Part shown: positions 1 through 9,947 of the stretch, piece by piece | Layout: every line of letters starts with the position of its first letter | How positions within the stretch are numbered: the stretch's first letter is position 1 | IMG/VR virus record: IMGVR_UViG_3300007276_000069 | Coordinates: 1-50,601 of that record | Strand: one strand, 5' to 3' | DNA: 50,601 bases | From: a virus | Lineage: Duplodnaviria; Caudoviricetes | Position numbers and translations under genes: made by a program | Notes under the pieces: model-generated | Databases searched by the model: none | Seen by the model: the letters and a program-made list of their open reading frames with translations, nothing else | What the model was told of the DNA's origin: nothing

Positions 1-882
1 AGGCTAGCAGGTTCCAGTGTCTCTGACTTTGTTCTGCAACCTGTAACACGAAACATTGGTTGCGTCTCCCGATTTAGCATACAGGAAATAGGCGGTGATC
101 TAATCTATCTTGCACCAGACGGCCTACGTACAGTTGCAGGTACTGAAAAGATTGGCGACACAGAACTTGGAACGATATCTAAACAAGTACAGTCTAGATT
201 AAATGATCTTAGTGCTGACCAGATATCTAATATTAGTTCTCATGTTATAAGAAGAAAGAGCCAATACCGACTGTACTACCCTACAACATCAGGCACTGAG
301 GCTAACTCAACAGGGCTTATAGCCGTGTTAAAACGGAGTTCTGAGACAGGGCAGATAGGCTGGGAGTATTCAGATTTAAAAGGCATTAAGCCTATGAGCG
401 CCGATCATGGAGATATTTCTGACGAAGAACATGTTGTTCACGGAGATTATGATGGCGGTTATGTTTATAAGCAAGAATCAGGTTCTACTCTTGATGGAAC
501 TAATATGGCCTGTATATATAGAACTATTGACTACAACATGGGAGATGTTGGAATACGCAAGAACATGCAGAGAGTAGTTATTAACTACATCGGGACAGGA
601 ACTGTATCCTCTGTAGATATGAACCTTGAGTATGACTACGGCGACATACTTCTACCAAGCCCAGCTTTGTACGACCTGTTAGACCCCTCTGGGTCTGCTT
701 TTTACGGCAGTGCTACAATGGCAACAGCAGAATACGACGCTGCTGTGTACACGCCGCTATACAGACAGTCTGTAGAAGGATCAGGATTTGCCGTGGCGCT
801 AAAATTTACAGATACAAGCACAAACCCTACGTACACACTTAAAGGGTTTTCATTAGAATTTACACCGGGAGCTAGAATGTAA
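1..882 (+). CDS. Tail tubular/nozzle (head-tail stabilisation) protein, 5'-truncated
   Basis: Frame 1 is open from base 1 (RLAGSSVSDFVLQPVTRNIGC...IGGDLIYLAPDGLRTVAG) into the 325..882 ORF; lies directly before the tail fibre gene. Confidence 0.55.
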   Translation, partial: RLAGSSVSDFVLQPVTRNIGCVSRFSIQEIGGDLIYLAPDGLRTVAGTEKIGDTELGTISKQVQSRLNDLSADQISNISSHVIRRKSQYRLYYPTTSGTEANSTGLIAVLKRSSETGQIGWEYSDLKGIKPMSADHGDISDEEHVVHGDYDGGYVYKQESGSTLDGTNMACIYRTIDYNMGDVGIRKNMQRVVINYIGTGTVSSVDMNLEYDYGDILLPSPALYDLLDPSGSAFYGSATMATAEYDAAVYTPLYRQSVEGSGFAVALKFTDTSTNPTYTLKGFSLEFTPGARM

Positions 883-2933
883 TGGGTACAGCATACACAA
901 CAACAAGCCCAACAAATTTTGTAGATGGAGAGACGATTAATGCGTCTGACTTTACTACAGAGTTTAACGCTATTGACGCTGCGTTTGAAACGGGGGGTCA
1001 TCAGCATGACGGTACAGATGGTGAAGGGGGGGCGATTGAGAAGCTTCTTAGCAACGCTATTACTTTCGGTACTGGCGCTGATACAGATATAGCCGTAACC
1101 TTTAACGCTAATACATCAGATGGCGTTCTGACATGGATGGAGGATGAAGACTACTTTCAGTTCTCAGATGACCTGCTGATTAGCAGCACGGAGAAGATAC
1201 AGTTCCGCGATACAGCTATTTACATCAATTCATCTACTGATGGGCAGCTAGACCTCGTTGCTGATACAGAGATACAGATAGCTGCTACTACTATTGACGT
1301 AAATGGCAATCTTGATGTTTCAGGTACTATTGTCTCCGGTGGCACTTTAACTGCAACAACTTCAATTGGCATAGGCAGCGCGGTACTAACAGAAGCAGAG
1401 CTAGAAATGCTAGACGGCATCACTGCAGGTACTGCAGCCGCTAGTAAAGCAGTTGTTCTAAGCGCGGATAAAGACATAGCTACTGTTAGAAATGTCACTT
1501 CAAATGGCACTGTGCAGTTTGGAAGTTTGTCAGATGGGACTATAACTGCAACGGCATTCGTTGACGAAGACGATATGTCTTCTGACTCTGCTACTCTAAT
1601 TCCCACGCAGCAGTCTGTGAAAGCTTATGCAGACAGTGTAGCGGGCATGACTAGTTGGGTTTTAGAAGACGGAGATGGGACTGAAGTATCTATCACTAAT
1701 TCTAAAGAGGTTAAGTTTGTTGAAGGCGGCGGTATTGATATTGATTGGACCGATACTGATAACGGAACTGATGGCGACCCCTATGACCTAACCTTTACCA
1801 TAGTCGCTGCACAGACAGGCATTACTTCTGTAACAAATACCAGCCTGACTGTTGGCAGGGATGCTGACAACGATATTGATTTTGCAACAGATAACAACAT
1901 TATATTTAGAGCTTCAGGTGCAGATCAGGTTAAGATAATTGACGGCGTGTTATCCCCCGTAAGCGATAACGATGTAGACCTTGGCTCAAGTAGCTTGCAG
2001 TTTAAAGATGCTTATATACACGGCACACTTGAAGCGGATGCTATCACTATTGGCGGTACGGCTATTGCTGCAGCAGGTACTTCAAGCATTACAACTACTG
2101 GCGCTCTTAATTCAGGCTCTATTACCAGCGGATTTGGCACAATCGATACCGGGTCGTCTGCTATTTCAACTACAGGTGCAGTTTCTGGTGGTAGCTTTGT
2201 TGTTCCTGATGACGGAGATATAGGTTCTGCAAGTGCTACAGACGCTATGCAGATTTCCTCTGCCGGTATTGTTACCTTTAAAGATGATATCATAATCAAA
2301 GATGCTGGCACCATTGGCTCTGCCAGCGATACAGACGCGCTTGCAATCGCCTCTAATGGCGTGGTTAACTTTACACAGGCTCCTACAGTTGCAAGTGCTG
2401 CAGTTAAGACTGCTGGTAAAGAGACTATATTTGTTCCTGCAGCAGCTTGCCAACCCACTGCCTCCAACGGGTGTGCGGCTCTGGCAAATGTAGAAACAAC
2501 CTCTGGTCGTCCTGACATGCAGGTTCTTGACTTTGATAATGGCTCAGATGAACACGCTCAGTTTCAAGTTGCATTTCCAAAAAGTTGGAATGAAGGCACG
2601 GTTACTTTTCAGGTTTTTTGGACAACCACTGCAACGGACACGGATGGTGTTGCTTGGGGACTTCAGGGCGTTGCTGTTTCTGACAATGATACTATCGACG
2701 TAGCATACGGTTCTGCAGTGGTTGTTACAGATGACGCGCTAAGTGCCGCTGAAGACCTCTGTGTAACTGCAGAGAGTGGTGCAGTAACTATCGCTGGTAG
2801 CCCTGCTGCGGCAGATATGTGCTTCTTTAGAATATTTAGAGATGTTTCTGATGGTAACGATGATATGGCAGAAGATGCCCGACTAATTGGCCTCAAGTTG
2901 TTCTACACGACAGATGCAGCCAACGACGCTTAA
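882..2933 (+). CDS. Tail fibre protein
   Basis: N-terminal anchor-like segment (DGETINASDFTTEFNAI...GHQHDG), T/S/G/D-rich beta repeats, tandem IGSASxTDA repeats. Confidence 0.75.
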   Translation: MGTAYTTTSPTNFVDGETINASDFTTEFNAIDAAFETGGHQHDGTDGEGGAIEKLLSNAITFGTGADTDIAVTFNANTSDGVLTWMEDEDYFQFSDDLLISSTEKIQFRDTAIYINSSTDGQLDLVADTEIQIAATTIDVNGNLDVSGTIVSGGTLTATTSIGIGSAVLTEAELEMLDGITAGTAAASKAVVLSADKDIATVRNVTSNGTVQFGSLSDGTITATAFVDEDDMSSDSATLIPTQQSVKAYADSVAGMTSWVLEDGDGTEVSITNSKEVKFVEGGGIDIDWTDTDNGTDGDPYDLTFTIVAAQTGITSVTNTSLTVGRDADNDIDFATDNNIIFRASGADQVKIIDGVLSPVSDNDVDLGSSSLQFKDAYIHGTLEADAITIGGTAIAAAGTSSITTTGALNSGSITSGFGTIDTGSSAISTTGAVSGGSFVVPDDGDIGSASATDAMQISSAGIVTFKDDIIIKDAGTIGSASDTDALAIASNGVVNFTQAPTVASAAVKTAGKETIFVPAAACQPTASNGCAALANVETTSGRPDMQVLDFDNGSDEHAQFQVAFPKSWNEGTVTFQVFWTTTATDTDGVAWGLQGVAVSDNDTIDVAYGSAVVVTDDALSAAEDLCVTAESGAVTIAGSPAAADMCFFRIFRDVSDGNDDMAEDARLIGLKLFYTTDAANDA

Positions 2934-2946
2934 TTTGGAGTAGGTT

Positions 2947-3663
2947 ATGAGTTTTGGCTACAACGTTTTAGGTTTTGGTTCTTTAGGCGGATCAAGAATT
3001 ACCACTATAACATTAAATATAACATCTAACGCTAGCGAGTATAATATCCTAACAGCAGCTAACTCTGCAGGGTATGATGCTCCCTCCGGTCAGCCTATCG
3101 TAGTTAATGTTGCTTCTGGAGTTACCGTAAGCGGCAGTAGCACTCATGCTATGAGAACAGGCGCAATAAATGCAGCATCTCCACTAACTATTAATGTTAC
3201 TGGTAATATAGACGGTTATACAGGTGCTAATGGTAGTGCTGGACGGCCCGGAGGAAACGGTTCAGTAGGCGGCGATGCTATATATTGGGAATCAAGTACA
3301 CCATATACAGGAACTGGTATTGTTAATATTCTTTCTGGTGGTAAAGTTCGTGGTGGCGGCGGCGGCGGTGGTGGTGGCGGTCTAGGCCAAGTTAGACAAG
3401 GTGTTGGGCCAGATGATAAAGGTAATCCTCTTTGTGGTGCTGCTCCTAATATAACAGGTAGTACAGGTTCTACAGGTTCTGCAGGTGGTTTTGGTGCGGC
3501 TGGTGCTAGTGGTGGTACTGGGGGTGCTGCATCAGGATCATGTCCTCAAGTAACAGCAGCCAGTGGTGGGGGATCAGGAGGAGCAGCAGGTTTTGCTGTT
3601 AGGAAGAACAGCAGAACTGTTACTGTTAATAACTCTGGTACAATGAACGGATCGGCGGGCTAA
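2947..3663 (+). CDS. Glycine-rich distal tail fibre/adhesin-like protein
   Basis: Poly-Gly runs (GGGGGGGGG, GGSGGAAG) after the tail fibre gene, as in phage receptor-binding adhesins. Confidence 0.5.
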   Translation: MSFGYNVLGFGSLGGSRITTITLNITSNASEYNILTAANSAGYDAPSGQPIVVNVASGVTVSGSSTHAMRTGAINAASPLTINVTGNIDGYTGANGSAGRPGGNGSVGGDAIYWESSTPYTGTGIVNILSGGKVRGGGGGGGGGGLGQVRQGVGPDDKGNPLCGAAPNITGSTGSTGSAGGFGAAGASGGTGGAASGSCPQVTAASGGGSGGAAGFAVRKNSRTVTVNNSGTMNGSAG

Positions 3664-3664
3664 A

Positions 3665-4486
3665 ATGAAAGTTTTGATACCTATTAGCGGCGGAATAAAT
3701 TCTACGTATGCTGTATGGCGTTGGCTTTCTCAGACAAGCCATGAAGTTATCTCTGTGTATTTTAAAGAAAGTAATTTGTCTGATGCTGATATTCAAGCAG
3801 GAGAAGACGCTGGAATTGCAATTAGAGATTGGTTGAAAGCTAATGTAAGAGATTTTACGTGGCTTTCTCCTGTATCAGTTGATCCTATTGCTGAAGAAAA
3901 ACTTCCCATTAGAAATGGAGTAACTATTGAAGCTTCTAAAGGAAGTGTTAGTTTAATATTAAATAGAAGAAATAAAATAATAACTGCAGCAAAAGATAAT
4001 AGTTGTGACGGAATAGTTAGTGGATACAGTCTTGAAAATACATCTACAGATAGAATTTGGGATGTTAGAGAGCATAGCTCAAAAGTAAGCTGGTCAGGTA
4101 AAAACTTTTATGGCGGTGCGTCAGATATAGAATTTGAGTCTCCTGACCCCTTCCCGTCAAGAACAGATACAGGAACTTTCTTAGAAAATTTATCTGGTAG
4201 ATTTGAACAGTATGAAGCACTGCCATCTGCTTTGAGAGATTTAGTGTACAAGGGAACTTTTAAAGACGATATAGATACATGTTGGCGGCGTGGCACATGG
4301 GACGCATATGAAAAGTTTAGCGGCACAGGGGCAGAGTTTGATCAGTGGATGGCTGAAAAAACTTTTGCAGGTAAGTGGCGTCCTGATGCTTTTGATGCGT
4401 CAAAAGTAGAAGGCGAGGAGTATTTTTACAGAAATAATCCTATTACGTGGTTAAAAGCATTACGAGATGGAGGATATAATTTCTAA
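3665..4486 (+). CDS. PP-loop (adenine nucleotide alpha-hydrolase, QueC-like) protein, copy A
   Basis: N-terminal MKVLIPISGGINST matches the SGGxDS-type PP-loop. Confidence 0.6.
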   Translation: MKVLIPISGGINSTYAVWRWLSQTSHEVISVYFKESNLSDADIQAGEDAGIAIRDWLKANVRDFTWLSPVSVDPIAEEKLPIRNGVTIEASKGSVSLILNRRNKIITAAKDNSCDGIVSGYSLENTSTDRIWDVREHSSKVSWSGKNFYGGASDIEFESPDPFPSRTDTGTFLENLSGRFEQYEALPSALRDLVYKGTFKDDIDTCWRRGTWDAYEKFSGTGAEFDQWMAEKTFAGKWRPDAFDASKVEGEEYFYRNNPITWLKALRDGGYNF

Positions 4487-5006
4487 AGCTCTTGCTCTCT
4501 TCTACACGGTAGTAATCTTATGTGCAGCTATTAGCTCACAAGTTAAGGCTGCAGACACTAATACTGTATCTTCTACTGTAGTTACAGACAAGACGCCCCC
4601 AACTGCTTCTGCACCCTCTGTAGTGATTAACAATACAGACGTATGTAAGAGCGCCAAGAGTGCAGCAATACAGACACAGATATTCGGCTTTGCCAGCGGC
4701 ATCACAGTAACGGACAGCACATGCGAACTGCTAAAACTTAGCCGCTCTCTGTACGGCATGGGAATGAAGGTAGCTGGTGTTAGCCTACTCTGTACAGATC
4801 ATAGAGTGTTTGACGCTATGTGGATGGCGGGTACTCCCTGTCCATACAAAGGCAAGATAGGTAACGAAGCGAGGGTAGCATGGGAAGCTAACCCGAAGGA
4901 TGCACCGGAGGGGAACACGGTGCTAATTGAAAAGAAAGAAGTATCTAATTATTCAGCACGGGATGAGAGCTACGAGTTCCCAGATCAATATGAGTCCTAT
5001 GATTAG
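4467..5006 (+). CDS. Hypothetical exported Cys-containing protein
   Basis: Signal-peptide-like N-terminus, several Cys, overlaps both neighbours. Confidence 0.6.
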   Translation: MEDIISKALALFYTVVILCAAISSQVKAADTNTVSSTVVTDKTPPTASAPSVVINNTDVCKSAKSAAIQTQIFGFASGITVTDSTCELLKLSRSLYGMGMKVAGVSLLCTDHRVFDAMWMAGTPCPYKGKIGNEARVAWEANPKDAPEGNTVLIEKKEVSNYSARDESYEFPDQYESYD

Positions 5007-6333
5007 GTGGATACTTTTTCTGTGTGTTGTGTTTGCAGTTATGGCAGTCACCTTTAGTTCCCACGCAGAAGAGACAGAGATTGTAACGGGACAGGAGACT
5101 AGCCCTAACTACATACCAAACATGAGCGAGTTTACTAAGTCGGGTGGAACTAACACAGGCGGCGGCAGAGGGTGCACTTCAGGCAACTTCTGCACTGCAG
5201 GTACACAAGGACCGGGAGGGACATATACAAGCACTTTTGATCTAGAAGATAACATGACAATAGACCAGATCAATCGGGGCTTCGATATGGATTATGGAGT
5301 AAATGTTGAATCGCATCAAAGCAACTCGGTACTCTCTACCTGCGCTAATGGCAACGTCATGCAGAACAGTGACTGCAGAGACATATTCAATCTTACTGTT
5401 TCTCTGCTAGATGCAGACAACATAGTACATAAGTTTGAACATGAAGTTGAGTTAGACTTTACAGGCACACGGCCCTTTGCTTTTTCACAAGTCATACCAG
5501 AGAACGACTTTACAGGACTAAGGGGGGAGTTTGAGCTATTCGGCATAGATGCTGGGTTTCCAAGCGGGTTTTTCGGTCCAAGATTTGACAATCCCTTCCT
5601 CACTACGACTTTCGATCTGGTTACGATTTTAGAGACTGAAGTGCTTAATATTATTGATTTACAACAAGAGGTAGAGGTTGTTGATATACAGGAGATAGAA
5701 GTAGAACTTGAGCCTGTAGAACCAGAAGAGATAGAGCTAGCTGCTGAGATAGTGGTTGAAGAAATTGAGACTGTAGAATTGCAGATAGAAGTGCAGCAGC
5801 CTGTAGAGCCACAGGCAGCGGAAGAAATGGAAGTCGCTGTTGAAGTTGAGCAAGAGATAGAAGCGGAACTAGAAGATGTTAGTGAGCCTGAACCAGAGAG
5901 AGAAGAGGTTGTTGAGGAATCCGGCGGAGAAGCAGAAGACGCTGGAGAAGCTAATGAACCTGCACAAAATGAAGAACCTGCCGAAGAGACAGTTCAGGAA
6001 GAAGAAGCATCCGAAGAGCCAGAGCCTGAAACCAAAAAGGCCGTAGCCCAGAAAGTAAAAGAAAAAGTAGCAAAGAAGATTATGAGCAAGATGGGTGATA
6101 AGGGCAAGTATGACTCGACTAATCAGATTAGGACGTTAGCCGTAATGGGCGTGCTTGGTAACAGTCGCAGCTTCTTTGGTACACAGGCAACTCTGCAGGA
6201 CACTCCCGGTTTCTTTAGCGGGGCTAAAATACCGGATAGCTCTATCCCTACAAACAACGTGGCGCAGTATTTGATGTTTGGTGGCAGCAATCAATCGCAT
6301 TCTGAGATGGTGGACAGTCAATGGCAGAGGTAG
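4990..6333 (+). CDS. Hypothetical exported protein with long Glu-rich linker
   Basis: Likely start MSPMIRWILFL (signal peptide), globular N-domain, E/P/V-rich middle. Confidence 0.6.
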   Translation: MSPMIRWILFLCVVFAVMAVTFSSHAEETEIVTGQETSPNYIPNMSEFTKSGGTNTGGGRGCTSGNFCTAGTQGPGGTYTSTFDLEDNMTIDQINRGFDMDYGVNVESHQSNSVLSTCANGNVMQNSDCRDIFNLTVSLLDADNIVHKFEHEVELDFTGTRPFAFSQVIPENDFTGLRGEFELFGIDAGFPSGFFGPRFDNPFLTTTFDLVTILETEVLNIIDLQQEVEVVDIQEIEVELEPVEPEEIELAAEIVVEEIETVELQIEVQQPVEPQAAEEMEVAVEVEQEIEAELEDVSEPEPEREEVVEESGGEAEDAGEANEPAQNEEPAEETVQEEEASEEPEPETKKAVAQKVKEKVAKKIMSKMGDKGKYDSTNQIRTLAVMGVLGNSRSFFGTQATLQDTPGFFSGAKIPDSSIPTNNVAQYLMFGGSNQSHSEMVDSQWQR

Positions 6334-6860
6334 AAGTTGGCGGTGTAAAGTTTAAAGGGGGCAGGATGATGGCCTTGCTTGCCCTACTATCCACTGCAGG
6401 TGGCGGTTTGTGGGCTGGCTTTGAGTTTTACAAAGACTACATGAACATGCGCGAGACAATAGAAGAATACACAGCGCCAGACCTATCAGGGTTTGACAAG
6501 AAGTTAGCCGTGCTACGACAGGACATGAATAATCTCAAAGAGCTAGAGAAGATTATAAAGCAGTCAGCCTTAGATGCCAGAGATTATGCAAGGGACATTA
6601 AGAACGACTTGAAGGGTGAGATTGTACGAACAGAAAAATTAGTCGAGGGAGTAGACCGTAGGACCAAGACTATACAAGATGAAGTTCGTAGTATGGTAGA
6701 TAAAGAGAATGATCGTAACAGCACTCTGCGAGATAGGATAAACTCTCGTATGGATAGTTTGGATGATTCTCTATCTAACAAGATGAAGACACTACAAGAA
6801 GAAACAAACGCTAAGATTAGAAAAGCATTAGATAATCCTCTCTCTAAAATGCAGAAATAA
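6321..6860 (+). CDS. Membrane-anchored coiled-coil protein
   Basis: One N-terminal hydrophobic helix followed by a charged heptad-like region. Confidence 0.6.
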   Translation: MAEVEVGGVKFKGGRMMALLALLSTAGGGLWAGFEFYKDYMNMRETIEEYTAPDLSGFDKKLAVLRQDMNNLKELEKIIKQSALDARDYARDIKNDLKGEIVRTEKLVEGVDRRTKTIQDEVRSMVDKENDRNSTLRDRINSRMDSLDDSLSNKMKTLQEETNAKIRKALDNPLSKMQK

Positions 6861-6861
6861 C

Positions 6862-6890
6862 TTGACTTTTTCTTTAAAAAAGGGTATAAT
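6862..6890 (+). promoter_or_regulatory. Sigma70-type promoter
   Basis: TTGACT-N17-TATAAT in an intergenic gap. Confidence 0.7.
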
Positions 6891-6893
6891 ACT

Positions 6894-7091
6894 ATGGACC
6901 TAAAGTCTCCTGATACATTAAAGAATATTACAGACACTACTATTGCTACTGGTTTAGTGTCTACACCTATCTGGTTGCAGTGGGTGGAACAGGGCCTTCA
7001 ACTTTTTATGCTGGTTGGCGGCTCCATTCTTTTACTTTTCAGGTTGTGGGCAATGTACCAAGAAAGGAAAAGCAAGAGAGATGGAAGTTAA
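6894..7091 (+). CDS. Small membrane protein (holin-like)
   Basis: 65 aa, hydrophobic segment(s), basic C-terminus. Confidence 0.45.
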   Translation: MDLKSPDTLKNITDTTIATGLVSTPIWLQWVEQGLQLFMLVGGSILLLFRLWAMYQERKSKRDGS

Positions 7092-7248
7092 CATTACAGA
7101 AAATTTAGTCAAAGTGCTAATCCGTCAGCGGGATGTAGCAATGTCAAAGTGTGCAGAGCTAGAGGCTAAACTATTGTCTCTAGGCGAAAAACTAGCTGAA
7201 TTTGAAAACAAAGAACACGCCGAGGATTTGTTTAAAGACAAGGAATAA
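7081..7248 (+). CDS. Small coiled-coil hypothetical protein
   Basis: ATG at 7081 (MEVNITENLV...) coupled to both neighbours. Confidence 0.55.
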   Translation: MEVNITENLVKVLIRQRDVAMSKCAELEAKLLSLGEKLAEFENKEHAEDLFKDKE

Positions 7249-7251
7249 AAT

Positions 7252-8664
7252 ATGGCAGAGGAAAATGAAGAGGTTACGGAAACACAAACCGCTGAAGAAC
7301 TACAAGCGGGACAGTTTACTCCTCCTGAAGCAACAAAGAACCTTCTAACGCGGGTTACAGAAGAGGCAGCACTCGACACAGATACGCCGCCCTCGTTAAC
7401 GGCGGGTACTACTGTGCCGTTTCAGCAGCAGCAGGTTCAGCAGGAAGAGTTATTTACTCCTACAGATACTGCGGCAGCTATTACAGCGCCAGTAACTCAA
7501 GCTTCTGTAACTGGGCTAGAGCTTCCTACTCCTCCACGCACTGCAGCGGCTACCTATCAGTCCTTTGTAGAAGCGGATACTCCAGAGTTTGCTGCAGCCC
7601 AAGGGCAGGTATCTGCACAGTCTCTTATAGGTGACATTGAAGGTGCAGTATCGGAAGAGTCAATTGCACAGGGAGTAACTGAAGAGCTAGACGAGAAGGC
7701 TACTCTCAAGTTCCAGATGGGCGAACTCTTCAAGTCCTTTGAAGAAGGTAAACCCCCTCCTCCTTGGGCAGCACCTGCGGTCAGGCAGGTTGGTGGTATG
7801 ATGGCACAAAGAGGACTAGGCCGGTCCTCTATGGCCGCTGCAGCCATCACACAATCTATCATGGAGTCGGGCATACCGATAGCGGCACAAGACGCTAACA
7901 AGTACGCCACCATTCAAATACAGAACCTGAACAACAGGCAACAGGCTACTCTGCAGAACGCAGCTACTTACGCAGCTATGGATAAGGCTAACCTTAGTGC
8001 TAGAATGCAAGCTGCTGTAAGCAATGCGCGATCCTTTCTGCAGATGGATACACAGAACCTAAACAATGAACAGCAGCTAAAGACTATCGATCTGCAGTCT
8101 AAATTTCAGAAGCTATTTACTGATCAGGCGCAGGAGAATGCGGCTAGGCAGTTCAATGCAAAGTCTCAGCTACAGGTAGATCAGTTCTTTACCGAGTTAG
8201 ATACGCAAGTTCAGAATGCTAACTCTAGCCGCATGGCAGCTATGGAACAGTTTAACGCTGACCAGACTAACGCAGCGACACGCTACTTTGCAAAGATTAA
8301 CGATGCAAGAGAACGGTTTAACATCTCTAATGAAAACCTGATCCAACAGTCTAACTCAGTGTGGCGTAGAAACATAAACACGGCTAACACGGCAGGGCAG
8401 AACGAGACTAATCGTACTAACGCCCTTAACCTGCTAGGAGTTACACAAGCGTCTATGGATAAGCTGTGGCAAAGATACAGGGACGAGGCTACTTGGATGG
8501 TTGAGATATCTGAGAATGCTGCACAGAGAGCGCACAATGCAGCTATCTTAGCCCAGACACAAGACTTCAATGCGGAACAGTATGAAGTAGAACGTGAGAA
8601 TCAGTTCTTTAGTGCGCTTGGTAGCACCGTGATTAACGGCGTCTTTGGTATATTGGGAGCTTAA
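7252..8664 (+). CDS. Putative internal virion (ejection) protein
   Basis: Q/N/A-rich helical repeats (QFNA motifs); position in the structural operon. Confidence 0.55.
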   Translation: MAEENEEVTETQTAEELQAGQFTPPEATKNLLTRVTEEAALDTDTPPSLTAGTTVPFQQQQVQQEELFTPTDTAAAITAPVTQASVTGLELPTPPRTAAATYQSFVEADTPEFAAAQGQVSAQSLIGDIEGAVSEESIAQGVTEELDEKATLKFQMGELFKSFEEGKPPPPWAAPAVRQVGGMMAQRGLGRSSMAAAAITQSIMESGIPIAAQDANKYATIQIQNLNNRQQATLQNAATYAAMDKANLSARMQAAVSNARSFLQMDTQNLNNEQQLKTIDLQSKFQKLFTDQAQENAARQFNAKSQLQVDQFFTELDTQVQNANSSRMAAMEQFNADQTNAATRYFAKINDARERFNISNENLIQQSNSVWRRNINTANTAGQNETNRTNALNLLGVTQASMDKLWQRYRDEATWMVEISENAAQRAHNAAILAQTQDFNAEQYEVERENQFFSALGSTVINGVFGILGA

Positions 8665-8665
8665 A

Positions 8666-9334
8666 ATGAGTTTAACTGGTTTTTTTGATGACTTTGATTT
8701 TTCAAGCTTTAATGATGACTTTGGGTTTGATGATGATTTTGGTGGTTCTTTTACGGATTTTAATGTTCCTTCTTCTGCCTTCTCTTTTAGTCAAGAGCAA
8801 TTTGAGTTAGAGGATGACTTTGCCCCTCAAAGTTTTTTTCAACAGGACGCTGACTTAGGTGGGTTTGATGATTTTTTAGGTGAAGAGCGAGAGATATCTC
8901 TTCCAGAAACTACCTTAAAAGAAGATATATTTAAGCTTTTTGGCGTAGGCGAAAAAACAGCTAAAGCAATCAGCGCGTTTGCAAAGGCGGCTAATAAGGG
9001 CGGCGGTAAACAGGGGCAAGCACAGGGCAGAGGTAGAACTGGTCCTGCACTTCCTACATCAGCCCGTGCGCCAACGACAGCAGCGGGTAGAACATCTAGG
9101 GCTAGACAGGCTACTAGCGGTGAACGTGCAGTACAGGCGGCTATACAACAATCAGAACGTGCAACAAGCGCAGCCAGAGCAATTGCTAATCAGATGGCTA
9201 GGGCTGGCACTGTTACCAGTACAAACGACTTAGCCGACATGATCTCAGGCTCGACTAAACCTATGGGTACTAAACAAAAGCTTCCCGGTTCAAACTTACG
9301 GCAGCTAGCAATACCACGAACACAAATGGCATAG
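8666..9334 (+). CDS. Hypothetical protein with F/D-rich N-terminus and basic C-terminus
   Basis: Likely start MSLTGFFDDFDF at 8666. Confidence 0.55.
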   Translation: MSLTGFFDDFDFSSFNDDFGFDDDFGGSFTDFNVPSSAFSFSQEQFELEDDFAPQSFFQQDADLGGFDDFLGEEREISLPETTLKEDIFKLFGVGEKTAKAISAFAKAANKGGGKQGQAQGRGRTGPALPTSARAPTTAAGRTSRARQATSGERAVQAAIQQSERATSAARAIANQMARAGTVTSTNDLADMISGSTKPMGTKQKLPGSNLRQLAIPRTQMA

Positions 9335-9344
9335 AGGAAATACA

Positions 9345-9947
9345 ATGGCGTTAAATCCCGATCCATATTACAGCGATCCCAAGATAGAAGAGTCGCTTCG
9401 CCCACAGGAAGGCAGCATTGATGCTATTGACAGGTTCAACGCACCTCCTCCCGGCCACTCGTTAACAGGCGAACCTCAGAAGTGGGCTTGGGAAAAACCT
9501 GCAGAATACTCTAGTCCTGAAGAGGCTATGGAGTGGGTGGTTAGCCGTATTGAACAGCCGGAAGTAGAAGAGAACTTTCTGCGACTAATGCTTAGTGGTG
9601 TGCCTATCGAAGCTATGACTAACACAATTACCTTTACAGGTTTTACGGAGGGCTATTGGAGTCCTGACATGTCAGAGATACTGAAGATGCCTATTGCCAT
9701 GCACTTCATGGGATTAGCCCTAGAGAACGGCATACCTGCAACTATCTTCAACAAAGACCCTGAACTTGCAAAAGAAGAGGGCAGAATACCTGATAACAAA
9801 GTTATGGGTATCATGGAACAAAATAGGCCAGACATGTACAACAAAATTATGTATGCGACCGATCTTTTGCTAGAGGAAGATGAAGAGATGCCTGAAGAGC
9901 AAGAGGATGTTAGCTTTATGGAAATGGAAGAAGGGGAGATGGTCTAA
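9345..9947 (+). CDS. Hypothetical virion-associated protein
   Basis: APPPGHSLT...WAWEKP segment, acidic tail, GAGG RBS. Confidence 0.6.
   Translation: MALNPDPYYSDPKIEESLRPQEGSIDAIDRFNAPPPGHSLTGEPQKWAWEKPAEYSSPEEAMEWVVSRIEQPEVEENFLRLMLSGVPIEAMTNTITFTGFTEGYWSPDMSEILKMPIAMHFMGLALENGIPATIFNKDPELAKEEGRIPDNKVMGIMEQNRPDMYNKIMYATDLLLEEDEEMPEEQEDVSFMEMEEGEMV

Noticed and set aside
3340-3385. GGC/GGT microsatellite (also 46855-46895) as a contingency locus or DGR target
   Set aside because: Simply encodes poly-Gly; no reverse transcriptase or TR/VR pair seen
3665-4486. Complete 7-deazaguanine DNA modification cluster
   Set aside because: No folE, queD, queE or dpdA recognised; copy A lacks the QueC Cys4 zinc motif
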